Assembly: GCA_031409335.1 (NCBI GenBank)
Contig: JANNWY010000039.1
Location: 1-53,682 of the forward strand
Direction of reading: 5' to 3'
Length of the DNA: 53,682 nucleotides
Origin: Chthoniobacteraceae bacterium
GTDB taxonomy: Bacteria > Verrucomicrobiota > Verrucomicrobiia > Chthoniobacterales > Chthoniobacteraceae
A program made the translations under genes and the position numbers. Positions 1 to 8,739 of the stretch are shown here, piece by piece; positions within the stretch are counted from its first letter, which is position 1; each line of letters opens with the position of its first letter. The notes below the pieces were generated by a model that was given only the letters and a program-made list of their open reading frames with translations, was not told where the DNA came from and made no database searches.

Positions 1-914
1 TCCTTGCTAATGTCCATCAAGTCCGGCACCGAGGCCTGCATTCGATAGGCCATCTCGTATTGCTGAATGCGCGTGTCGATCTCGGGATCGCCCACCTGCC
101 GGGCGGCGGCGCGGTTGATCTCATCGAGCGCGTCGAGCATCTCGCGCCGGGCCGGGCGGTCCGTGCCGGGCGGATTCTTGAGGTAAAGGACGGGATCGCC
201 CTGATTGCGGAACTTCACGCCCTGATGCGACGGCGGCAGAAACCCCGTGCCCCACAGTCGCGAGAAAAGCGGCTGGTCATTCAGTTCGCCGGTGCCCTGG
301 GAGATGAGCACGATGAACGCGGGCAAATCCTGATTTTCACTGCCGATGCCGTAGCTGAGCCACGCGCCGAGGCTCGGCCGGCCTGGCTGCTCGCTGCCAG
401 TCTGGATGAAGGTGATCGCCGGATCGTGATTGATCGCCTCGGTGTGCATCGAGCGGATGAAGCAGACATCATCGACGACGCGCGCGGTGTGCGGCAGCAG
501 TTCGCTCAACCAGATGCCCGCCTTCCCGCTTTGCGAAAACTGAAACTTCGTCGCCGCGACCGGAAACTTCGCCTGCCCCGAAGTCATCCCCGTGATGCGC
601 TGCCCCATGCGAATCGAGCCCGGCAATTCCTGGCCGTGAAACTCCCGCATCTTCGGTTTGTAATCGAAGAGGTCGATGTGCGAAGGCGCGCCGGATTGGT
701 GCAGGTAGATCACCCGCTTCGCCTTCGGCGCGTGGTGCAGCGCCTTGAGAATTCCGTGCGTCGCATTCTTCGGCGCACCGGATTGAGTTACCGCCGCGAC
801 CAGATCGCGATCAAGCAGTGAAGCGAGCGCGGCGACGCCGATGCCCGACGCAGCGCGACCGAAAAACTGGCGGCGCGTTTGCGCGTTCGCGAAGTGATGT
901 GCGAGTTCGTTCAT
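1..914 (-). CDS. DUF1501 family protein, Tat-exported; 3' end lies outside the window
   Basis: Not in the ORF track because its stop is off the window. Manual translation from ATG 914: MNELAHHFANAQTRRQFFGRAASGIGVAALASLL...HHAPKAKRVIYLHQSGAPSHIDLFDYKP..., i.e. twin-arginine motif plus the typical DUF1501 N-terminus. Usual partner of PSD1 proteins. ORF 60..821(+) is its antisense shadow. Confidence 0.9.
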   Translation of the reverse strand, partial: MNELAHHFANAQTRRQFFGRAASGIGVAALASLLDRDLVAAVTQSGAPKNATHGILKALHHAPKAKRVIYLHQSGAPSHIDLFDYKPKMREFHGQELPGSIRMGQRITGMTSGQAKFPVAATKFQFSQSGKAGIWLSELLPHTARVVDDVCFIRSMHTEAINHDPAITFIQTGSEQPGRPSLGAWLSYGIGSENQDLPAFIVLISQGTGELNDQPLFSRLWGTGFLPPSHQGVKFRNQGDPVLYLKNPPGTDRPARREMLDALDEINRAAARQVGDPEIDTRIQQYEMAYRMQASVPDLMDISK

Positions 915-1472
915 CTACTCGACGATTTTCGACACCGTGACTTTCACATCCGAAAAAGTCGCCGGGGCGACGCGCTCCTGCCCGCGCGCAATGCGTTTCG
1001 AGGCGTAGCTTTCATCGGAGGGATCGCGATAAACCTCGATGGTGTTTTCCTTGAGATTCACGATCCAAAGTTCCGCGATTCCGGCGCGCGCATACGCCTT
1101 CAGCTTCCGTCCGCGATCATAACGCAACGTCGAGTCCGCGACCTCAATCACGAGATAGGTGTGCCTCGCCTCGGGTAAGCCCTCGTATTCATCAACCTCA
1201 AAATCGAGCAGCAATACGTCAGGCTGCGGTTCCGAATCATCGGCGATGATGAATGGATCTTGAATGGAGACATCGTAGCGATCTCGCGACGCCCGGCTGA
1301 ACACCCTGTTCAACCGGCGGACGGCTTTGGCGTGGCGGTATCCTACGGGTGACATAAGGATGATTTCGCCATCGAGCAGTTCCACGCGGTCGTCCTCTTC
1401 GAGAATGCCAGCGTCGGCGAGTTTGTGATATTCATCGACCGTAAATCGGAAAGTTTGAACTACTGCGGGCAT
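915..1472 (-). CDS. Uma2 family (PD-(D/E)XK-like) endonuclease
   Basis: FTVDEYHKL...RVELLDGEI...EPQPDV...LVIEVADSTLRYDRGRKLKAYARAGIAELWIVNL. Start placed at ATG 1472 rather than 1505. Confidence 0.9.
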   Translation of the reverse strand: MPAVVQTFRFTVDEYHKLADAGILEEDDRVELLDGEIILMSPVGYRHAKAVRRLNRVFSRASRDRYDVSIQDPFIIADDSEPQPDVLLLDFEVDEYEGLPEARHTYLVIEVADSTLRYDRGRKLKAYARAGIAELWIVNLKENTIEVYRDPSDESYASKRIARGQERVAPATFSDVKVTVSKIVE

Positions 1473-1514
1473 GGCGCAGGATAACATTGAAGCGATGCGC
1501 GACAAGCCACACGC

Positions 1515-4166
1515 TCACCCCTTCGTCACGGTTTCATCGAGGTTAAGGATGGTGCTGGCGACGCTTGCCCACGCGGCGAGTTCAGTGGCGTCGAGTTTTT
1601 CGTTGCGCGGCGATTCGCCGATGGCGAGCAGCGCGGCGGCTTGCTCGGGCGCGGCGGAAAAGCGCGCGCGTTGTTTTTCAAAAAGGGCGACGAGCGCGCG
1701 TGTTTCGTTTTCCGAGGGCATCCGCGCGGTCGCGAGGCGGAAGGCGAAGGCGATGCGCTCGGCGGGCGATGCGCCGCCTTCGGTCATCATCCGCTCGGCG
1801 AGTTTGCGCGCGGCTTCGAGGTAAGTCGGGTCGTTCATCAGCACGAGCGCCTGAAGCGGCGTGTTCGTGCGCTCGCGGCTCACGAGACATTTTTCGCGAT
1901 CCGGCGCGTCGAAAGTGGTGAGCGAGGGCGGCGGCGACGTGCGTTTCCAGAAGGTGTACATCGTGCGCCTGTAAAGACTCTCGCCGTGATCCTGCACAAA
2001 TTTTTGCGCGGAAAATTTGTCGCTGTCCTGCCGCGACGACAGCTCCTCCCACAATCCCGCGGGCTGGTACGGCCGAACGCTCGGCCCGCCGATTTTCCCG
2101 ACGAGCAGCCCGCTCACCGCGAGCGCCGTGTCGCGGATTTCCTCCGCGCCGAGGCGAAAGCGCGGGCCGCGCGCGTGGAGCCGGTTCTCGGGATCGCGCG
2201 CCCGCAGTTCCGGCGTGAGCCGCGCGCTCTGCCGGTAGGTCGCCGACGTGACGATCATCTTCACCAGCCGCTTCACGTCCCACCCGCTCTCGACGAAATC
2301 CACCGCGAGCCAGTCGAGCAATTCGGGGTGGCTCGGCCACTCCGCCTGCGAGCCGAAATCCTGCGAAGTCTTCACGATGCCCGTGCCCATGATGCTTTGC
2401 CAAAAGCGGTTCACCGTCACCCGCGCGACCAGCGGATTGCGCGGATCGACGAGCCACTGGGCGAGCCCGAGCCGATTCCGCGGCGCATCGGCGGCGAGCG
2501 GCGGCAGGCTCGCGGGCACGCCGGGCTCCACGCGTTCGCCGTGCTTGTCGTACTCGCCGCGCAGCAGCACGAAGCTCTCGCGCGGCTTCTCCGCCTGCTG
2601 CATCACCATCACGCTCGGGATCGTTTTTTTGAAATCGTCGTGCGCCTTCGCGGCGGCGGTCGCGCGCGCTTGGAACGCCTTTGCCGCCGCCGTTTTTTTG
2701 TCGAGCGCGGGGCCGAACGCAGGCTGCTCCGCGTCCTTCACTTCCGCGTCGATGCGCGCCTTCGCTGCCTGCAATTCCGCCAGCCGCGCGCTCTGCTCCG
2801 GCGACGCGCGCATCAGCAGCGGCGCGGCGTTTCCCCGCGAGCCGTCGATGCCATTCTCCGGCACCGCGTTGAAGAACGCATACATCTGGTAAAACTCCTT
2901 CTGCGTCACCGGATCGAATTTGTGATCGTGACACTCCGCGCATTGCAGCGTGAGCCCGAGATACACCGTCGCCGTCGTCGCCACGCGATCCTTCACGTAT
3001 TGCGTCAGGTATTCCTCCGCCAGCGCGCCGCCCTCGTAGTTGATCATCGCGTTGCGGTGAAAACCGGTCGCGATCTTTTGTTCATCGGTCGCATTCGGCA
3101 GCAGATCGCCGGCGATTTGTTCGATGGTGAATTGATCGTAACGCATGTTCGCATTGAACGCCGCGATCACCCAATCGCGCCACAGCCACATGTCGCGCCC
3201 GCTGTCGAGATGGTAGCCGTGCGTGTCCGCGTAGCGCGAGAGGTCGAGCCAGTCGCGCGTCATGCGTTCGCCGTAGCGCGGGGAGGCGAGCAGGCGGTCG
3301 GCGAGGCGGGCATAGGTCTCATGGGACTTAATCGACCCATGTGACCCATTCGACTCCGCAAGAAACGCGTCCACCTCGGCGGGCGTCGGCGGGAGGCCAG
3401 TGAGGTCGAAAGTCATCCGCCGGATCAGCGCGGTCGGCGCGGCTTCGGGGGACGGCGTGAGCCCTTCCTTTTCGAGACGCGCGACGATGAAGGCGTCGAT
3501 CGGATTCGTAAAGCGGACACTCCTGTCCGCAGTCTCCTCCGCGCCCGCTGAGCCACTGCGGACAGGAGTGTCCGCTTTACGCTCCGGTAGCGCCGTCTTC
3601 ACCGGCGCGATCAGCGACCAATGCGGCTCATACTTCGCGCCCTGCGCGATCCACTTTTTCAAAGTCGCGATCTGCTCCGGCGTCAGCTTCTTGTCGCTCT
3701 TCGGTGGCGGCATGATTTCATCGGGATCAGTCGAGGAAATGCGGAGTGGGAGTTCGCTGTGCTCGACATCGCTGGGGACGATCGCGCGCACGCCTTCGAG
3801 TTCCGCGAGCGCGCCTTCGCGCGTATCGAGGCGGCGGTCCGCTTTGCGCGCGTGTTTGTCCGGGCCGTGGCAGGCGAAGCAATTTGCGGAGAGGATCGGG
3901 CGGATGTCGCGGTTGAAGGAGAGGTCGTCCGCGTGCAATTGGGATAGAGCGAGCGCAAGGAGTCCGGGTAGCACGCTCGTCCCGAGCGTTGGTTTCGGCG
4001 TCCCGCGGAGACGAACTTTCCAAGACGCTCCAATCGGTTCGCGCGCTTGTCCCGGATTGGTCGCGCAGGGAAGTTCGTTTTGGCGGGACGCCGAAACCAA
4101 CGCTCGGGACGAGCGTGCTACCCGGAGCAAGACGCTCCACGCATTTACAAAAATCGTTCGCTTCAT
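1515..4166 (-). CDS. PSD1 and planctomycete cytochrome c domain protein (DUF1549/DUF1553)
   Basis: FNRDIRPILSANCFACHGPD, HWS, NPIDAFI, RRMTFDLTGLPPT, WLDLSRYADTHG, CAECHDHKFDP, PSHPELLDWLA, NTPLQAL, ILNLDE. Carries three in-frame repeat elements. Confidence 0.93.
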   Translation of the reverse strand: MKRTIFVNAWSVLLRVARSSRALVSASRQNELPCATNPGQAREPIGASWKVRLRGTPKPTLGTSVLPGLLALALSQLHADDLSFNRDIRPILSANCFACHGPDKHARKADRRLDTREGALAELEGVRAIVPSDVEHSELPLRISSTDPDEIMPPPKSDKKLTPEQIATLKKWIAQGAKYEPHWSLIAPVKTALPERKADTPVRSGSAGAEETADRSVRFTNPIDAFIVARLEKEGLTPSPEAAPTALIRRMTFDLTGLPPTPAEVDAFLAESNGSHGSIKSHETYARLADRLLASPRYGERMTRDWLDLSRYADTHGYHLDSGRDMWLWRDWVIAAFNANMRYDQFTIEQIAGDLLPNATDEQKIATGFHRNAMINYEGGALAEEYLTQYVKDRVATTATVYLGLTLQCAECHDHKFDPVTQKEFYQMYAFFNAVPENGIDGSRGNAAPLLMRASPEQSARLAELQAAKARIDAEVKDAEQPAFGPALDKKTAAAKAFQARATAAAKAHDDFKKTIPSVMVMQQAEKPRESFVLLRGEYDKHGERVEPGVPASLPPLAADAPRNRLGLAQWLVDPRNPLVARVTVNRFWQSIMGTGIVKTSQDFGSQAEWPSHPELLDWLAVDFVESGWDVKRLVKMIVTSATYRQSARLTPELRARDPENRLHARGPRFRLGAEEIRDTALAVSGLLVGKIGGPSVRPYQPAGLWEELSSRQDSDKFSAQKFVQDHGESLYRRTMYTFWKRTSPPPSLTTFDAPDREKCLVSRERTNTPLQALVLMNDPTYLEAARKLAERMMTEGGASPAERIAFAFRLATARMPSENETRALVALFEKQRARFSAAPEQAAALLAIGESPRNEKLDATELAAWASVASTILNLDETVTKG
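3311..3352. repeat. In-frame nonamer-type (TGGGAC/GTCCCA-like core) micro-array in the PSD1 gene
   Basis: cataggtctcatgggacttaatcgacccatgtgacccatt; AT-richer than its flanks; encodes NGSHGSIKSHETY. Confidence 0.55.
3507..3581. repeat. In-frame REP-like doublet (75 bp)
   Basis: Perfect 27-bp inverted repeat cgtaaagcggacactcctgtccgcagt at 3507-3533 and 3555-3581; each arm contains the hairpin GCGGACA-CTCC-TGTCCGC. Confidence 0.92.
3963..4126. repeat. In-frame REPIN-like doublet (164 bp) within the PSD1 signal peptide
   Basis: Perfect 44-bp inverted repeat at 3963-4006 and 4083-4126; each arm has GTAG followed by hairpin CGCTCG-TCC-CGAGCG. Second copy at 52286-52449. Confidence 0.95.
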
Positions 4167-7100
4167 TTCACAGTGATCGCTTTCGCACCGTCCTTCTTAC
4201 GCACATGCAGCAGCACCGGAAGCGAAGATTGTTTCCCCGCCTCGCGGCAAATCGCGAAGCACAGCACATCCATCTCGCGCACCCACGGCTCGGCTTTCAG
4301 CGCGATCTCGCCTTCGTTTAGCCCGGCGAGCAGCGTGATGCCGTTGAGGCCGAGGTTATCCACGATGACACCGTGCGGCAGATTCTCGATATCGAAACGC
4401 AAATCGCCCTTCGCGTCTTTGCGTTTGATCTTCACCCACGCCGGAATGATCTCGCCGGGCGCGATCGTGATCTCGAAAGGTTTTGCGGGATCCTGCGGCT
4501 GGAGCGGTGTTGCGGGGCTGAGTTTGGCGAGCGTGTCGCCGGGTGCGGCGGGTTCGAGCGCGAGGTAAAGCGGCGGCTCCTTTCCTAGCGTCACCGCGCC
4601 GGGATTGTTCACTTCTCGCGTCATGTCTTTCGCGGTCGCGGTTACTTTCACCTTTTCCCACTCGCTGGCGGCGACGGCTTTTGCGCCGGGCAGCGCGGTC
4701 AGCGTGCCGCGCGCGTTCACATGCCCGGCCTGGATGACGAGTGGTGTGGAAACCTTGTAACCATCGGGGATGCCGGTGATTTCGATTTTAATATCGCCAT
4801 CGAATCCGTCGATGCGATCCGCCGTGGCGGTGAAGCTCTGGCCGCTGCCCGCGTTGAGCGCGAGTTTCGTCTGCTCGATGCGCGCGGTGAAATCTTCCCG
4901 CGCGGCGCGCACGCTCAATTGATACGCGAAGCGGTCGCCGCCGAAACCGCAGCTGTCGCTCACGCGCACGAGATACGCGCCGTCGGCGGGCGCGGTGAAG
5001 AGCACGCGCGAATCGCTCCCGGCCTTGCGATTCGCGTCGTCATCGTTGGAAAAATTCAGCGTGAAAACCGGCAACCCGTTGCCCACGAGCTTCGCGCCCG
5101 GCGGATGCGGCTCGACGATGTAGCACGGCTCGTCGAGCGCGTGCGCGGTCGCGGTGGTATCGAAGTAGGCGCGCCGCTTGCCATTGATGGTGTAGAACTG
5201 AAAGCCGCTGTCCGGCCCCTCCGGCATTCGGAAAATTTTCGCGACATCGCCATTCATCCACATCAGTTCGTTGAGTTCCATCTCGCGCCAGTTTTCCACG
5301 CGCGTGTCTGGCGTGATCGAGTCGATGGGGCGGAAGGTGATCGCCGAATCGCGCACCGCTTGCAGCAGCACGCGCTCGACGGGTTTTCCTTTCGCGTCGA
5401 GCACTTCGATTTTCGTATCGGCGGGCGAGCCGCGCTGCGCGGCCTGCGTTTCGATGGCCCACACGCCGCCCTTTTTTGCGTCGAATCTGAAAAAGTCCGA
5501 ATCGCCGGGAACGCCGATGCGGCCAGCGATGGCCAAGGAGGGGCGATCCCCGAATCGCCCTTCGTTCGCCTGCCCCGGCGTATCGTTCGGCTCCGCTTCG
5601 AGGACATTCGCGGCCCCGCTCACGAGCACCGCGAAGCCGCGGCTCGCGCGCACTTTTTCCAAATCGAGCGGCAGCGCCATCTCGCCGGGCGCACCCGCTG
5701 CCAGCTTGATCTTCCGCTCGGCGGGCAGATTGAAACCGATGAGTTCCACCTCGCCCTCGCGCTGCGCCGCGATGCTGAGCGGATGGCAGCCGGTGACGAA
5801 CGGAAGCTCGCCTGCATCGAGCCGGAAAACGTGCTCGGGCGAGCCGGCGAATTGCGCGTCGCTCACCGCGATGGTGTGGCGTCCGTCGCGCGCGATTTTC
5901 GCGGCGACGAACGGATCGCCGGTGCCGTCGAAGTCGTTGTTCGTCGCGATCACGCGGCCGTCGGGATCGAGCAGCGTGAGCGTGGCGTCGAGTTTCGAGC
6001 CAAGCGATTTCGCGGCGAGCGCGAAGATGAGCGTCTGGCCCGCTGTTGCGTCGAAGCCAACGCGCACGCTTTCGCCGGGGCGCTCGAGCGTTCCCCAGAT
6101 TCCGGCGGGAAGTTTTACGTCGGGCGCGACGGCGATTTGAGGGAGATCGTCCACGAAAAGTTTCACGCTGCCCGCGTTGCCGCCGTCGGCTCCGGTAATG
6201 GAGATATCGTAGCTGCCGCGCGGCAGGCTTGCGTCGGCTTTTACGAAAAGCTGCGCCTCGTTTGCATTTGCGCCGTCGGCGAACTGGATGCGGATGCGCG
6301 GATCGCTGGCGAGCACGGCCCGGAGACCGGCCAGGTTGGTGCCGCGTAGTTTTACTGGGACGAATGGGGCGGAAGGGGCTGATGATCTCTGGACGCCGCG
6401 CGGCTCGATGCTGCCTAGCTTTGCGGGCGGGATGGCGAGCGGTTGCGCGTCTTTCGTTTGGTAAAAACCGAGCGTGCCATCGACCCGACCCGCGACGAAG
6501 CCCGCGCCATCGGCGAGAAACGCGAGCGCGTTGGGCCAGTCGCTCTGCTCGATCACCGCGCGCTCTTTGATCTCCGCGGCGTCCCACAGTTTCACGCTGC
6601 CATCCTGCGCCGCGCTGAGGATCGTCGCGCCATTCCACGCAAGCCGCGTGATCGCGCCCTCGTGCGCAAAGCGCGCGACCACGAGCGGATTCGTCGTCTC
6701 TTTCGCCTCGGCGCTCACTTCATACACGCGCAGCCGATTGTCCGCGCCGCCGGCGACGAGGCGTTTCCCATCCGGGCTCCACGCCAGCGCGCTCTGCTCC
6801 TTCGTCGGCTGCGAAAGCGTGTCGCGACGCTGGCCGCCCGCCACATCCCAAAGCTTGATCGTGCGATCCGCACTCGCGCTCGCGAGCAGCTTTCCATCGG
6901 GGCGAAATGCGAGCGCGAACACCGCGCCGTTGTGCCCGCGCAGCGTCTTGCGCTCGGTGCCATTGGCGGTGTTCCAAAGTTTGATTTGCTGATCGTAGCT
7001 GCCGGTCGCGAGCGTCTGTCCATCGGGCGAAAGCGCGAGCGCGTAGAGCGTGTCGCGATGCCCCTCGATCGTCCGTACCAGCGCACCGTCCGCCACGTTC

Positions 7101-7747
7101 CACTGGCGCACTTCACCGAAGAGCGCGTTCTCCCCGCTCGCCGCGAAGAGCTGCGTGCCATCCGGCGAAAACGCGAGCGCGTTCACGTTGCCCTTGTGCC
7201 CTGCGAGCTTGCGGACGACGGCGCGCGTGTCGGCGGAGAGCAACTCCACCACGCCATACCGCCCCACGGCGACGAGCTTCTGTTGCGGGGAAAACGCGAG
7301 CGCGTTCACGGACTGACGAGGCGCGATTTTCGGCGCGATCTTCGGCACGTGCAGTTCGCGTTTCAGCGCCACCCCGGCGGCGGGCGGCTTTGCCCCGGCG
7401 TCGATCCACGCGGCGATGAGCGCGATGTCTTCCGCGGAAAGCTTCTCCCGTTTCCCCGGCGGCATGAATCTCGGTTTGCCGTCCTTCGTCATCTCGCCGC
7501 GCAGATACTTCACCAGCAAACTCTCCGCGCTCTTCCCCACCACGAGCGCCGCACCGGTCTCGCCGCCTTTCATCAGCCCGTCGAAGGTTTCCAGCACGAG
7601 CCCGCCTTCGTTGTCATCGGCGGTGTGGCACTCGATGCAGCGCTCGTCGAGGAGGCGGAAGATGGTGCCGAAGTCGGGGGCGGAGTGCGCGGAGGAAAGC
7701 AATGACCAATGGACAATGACCAATGACCAATGAAACAGAGTGCGCAT
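4163..7747 (-). CDS. Exported protein with planctomycete cytochrome c, WD40 repeats and PPC-like domains
   Basis: CIECH haem motif; WD40 blades (GHxxxVxALAFSPDG...IKLW); EAEPND and NDD/DP PPC-type repeats. Likely start ATG 7747 (alternative 7789). Stop overlaps the next start (4163-4166). Confidence 0.88.
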   Translation of the reverse strand: MRTLFHWSLVIVHWSLLSSAHSAPDFGTIFRLLDERCIECHTADDNEGGLVLETFDGLMKGGETGAALVVGKSAESLLVKYLRGEMTKDGKPRFMPPGKREKLSAEDIALIAAWIDAGAKPPAAGVALKRELHVPKIAPKIAPRQSVNALAFSPQQKLVAVGRYGVVELLSADTRAVVRKLAGHKGNVNALAFSPDGTQLFAASGENALFGEVRQWNVADGALVRTIEGHRDTLYALALSPDGQTLATGSYDQQIKLWNTANGTERKTLRGHNGAVFALAFRPDGKLLASASADRTIKLWDVAGGQRRDTLSQPTKEQSALAWSPDGKRLVAGGADNRLRVYEVSAEAKETTNPLVVARFAHEGAITRLAWNGATILSAAQDGSVKLWDAAEIKERAVIEQSDWPNALAFLADGAGFVAGRVDGTLGFYQTKDAQPLAIPPAKLGSIEPRGVQRSSAPSAPFVPVKLRGTNLAGLRAVLASDPRIRIQFADGANANEAQLFVKADASLPRGSYDISITGADGGNAGSVKLFVDDLPQIAVAPDVKLPAGIWGTLERPGESVRVGFDATAGQTLIFALAAKSLGSKLDATLTLLDPDGRVIATNNDFDGTGDPFVAAKIARDGRHTIAVSDAQFAGSPEHVFRLDAGELPFVTGCHPLSIAAQREGEVELIGFNLPAERKIKLAAGAPGEMALPLDLEKVRASRGFAVLVSGAANVLEAEPNDTPGQANEGRFGDRPSLAIAGRIGVPGDSDFFRFDAKKGGVWAIETQAAQRGSPADTKIEVLDAKGKPVERVLLQAVRDSAITFRPIDSITPDTRVENWREMELNELMWMNGDVAKIFRMPEGPDSGFQFYTINGKRRAYFDTTATAHALDEPCYIVEPHPPGAKLVGNGLPVFTLNFSNDDDANRKAGSDSRVLFTAPADGAYLVRVSDSCGFGGDRFAYQLSVRAAREDFTARIEQTKLALNAGSGQSFTATADRIDGFDGDIKIEITGIPDGYKVSTPLVIQAGHVNARGTLTALPGAKAVAASEWEKVKVTATAKDMTREVNNPGAVTLGKEPPLYLALEPAAPGDTLAKLSPATPLQPQDPAKPFEITIAPGEIIPAWVKIKRKDAKGDLRFDIENLPHGVIVDNLGLNGITLLAGLNEGEIALKAEPWVREMDVLCFAICREAGKQSSLPVLLHVRKKDGAKAITVK
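5535..5562. repeat. Solitary REP-like hairpin in frame in the WD40/PPC gene
   Basis: GGAG followed by GGGCGAT-CCCCGA-ATCGCCC (stem 5541-5547/5554-5560); encodes GRFGDRPSL. Confidence 0.5.
6355..6390. repeat. In-frame nonamer micro-array
   Basis: ctgggacga atggggcgg aaggggctg (9-nt period); encodes SSAPSAPFVPV. Confidence 0.45.
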
Positions 7748-7804
7748 ACGAAGGGGTTTCGCGGAATTGGTCATTGCGTCATTGGTCATTGGTCATTGAT
7801 CACT
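7701..7804. repeat. Inverted pair of heptamer arrays (AATGACC)n / (GGTCATT)n
   Basis: Five units at 7701-7735 and about five complementary units at 7769-7804, flanking the WD40 start codon. Confidence 0.88.
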
Positions 7805-7992
7805 TCCCGAAGTCACTTCTCCACGGGCTTTCTCGACTCGGGTTGATCGCGGACAGGTGCATGGTAGGCGGCGATATTGATACCACTTTTTTCCAAAAAG
7901 GCGGATTTTTCACCAAGCGCGGACAAGAAAGCTCACCCGCGCGGATTCTCCGCTTCCCAAGCCGCCAAACCCGCCGCTAGTCTCGCCGGCTC

Positions 7993-8715
7993 ATGTCCTC
8001 CAACGAATACAAAGTGCGCCTCGAAGTCTTCGAGGGGCCGCTCGATTTGCTGCTCTATCTCATCAAGAAGGATGAGGTCGATATTTACGAAATTTCGATC
8101 GAGCGGATCACCCGGCAATACCTCGAATTCATGGACGCCTTCAAGGTGCTCGATCTCGAAGTGGCGGGCGAATTCGTGGTGATGGCGGCGAACCTGATTT
8201 ACATCAAAAGCCGCAGCCTGCTCCCCGTGCATGTGCAGCCGCCGGAGGAGGAGGCGGAGGAGGATGATCCGCGCTGGGACTTGATCCGGCAGCTCGTGGA
8301 ATACAAAAAATTCAAGGACGCGGCGGCGCAGCTTTCGCAGCGGGAGCTGGATCAGAGCAATCTTTTCACGCGCCTGCCGGAGGGGCCGGATCAGCCCGCC
8401 GAGCGGCCCTTGGGGGAAGTGTCGGTGTTCGATTTGATCGCGGCATTCAACAAGATCCTGAAGCGGATCGAGGGAAGGACGGAAGATCTCCGGGAGATTT
8501 TCGAGGAGAACTTCTCGGTCTCGGACAAGATCGATCTCATCATGAAAATGACCGCGACGGGCGTCGCGCTGAAATTCACCGAACTCTTTGCCAGCGCGGC
8601 TTCGCGGACCGAGGTCGTGGTGACATTTCTCGCGCTGCTGGAACTGGTGCGGCTCAAGCAACTCAGCCTCGTGCAGGGCGAAGCGTTTGGGGAAATCGAA
8701 TTGAAGCGCGTCTGA
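7993..8715 (+). CDS. scpA: Segregation/condensation protein A
   Basis: FEGPLDLLLYLI...EFVVMAANLIYIKSRSLLP...VVTFLALLELVR. Confidence 0.96.
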   Translation: MSSNEYKVRLEVFEGPLDLLLYLIKKDEVDIYEISIERITRQYLEFMDAFKVLDLEVAGEFVVMAANLIYIKSRSLLPVHVQPPEEEAEEDDPRWDLIRQLVEYKKFKDAAAQLSQRELDQSNLFTRLPEGPDQPAERPLGEVSVFDLIAAFNKILKRIEGRTEDLREIFEENFSVSDKIDLIMKMTATGVALKFTELFASAASRTEVVVTFLALLELVRLKQLSLVQGEAFGEIELKRV

Positions 8716-8739
8716 TCAGACGGAAAATCGGGATTGAAT

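Noticed and set aside
60..821. 253-aa plus-strand ORF and many other long overlapping ORFs (e.g. 1641..3344, 4721..6349, 11719..13350, 14507..16063, 45558..47438, 50843..52393, 52644..53465)
   Set aside because: Antisense or off-frame shadows of recognisable genes in high-GC DNA; no family motifs.
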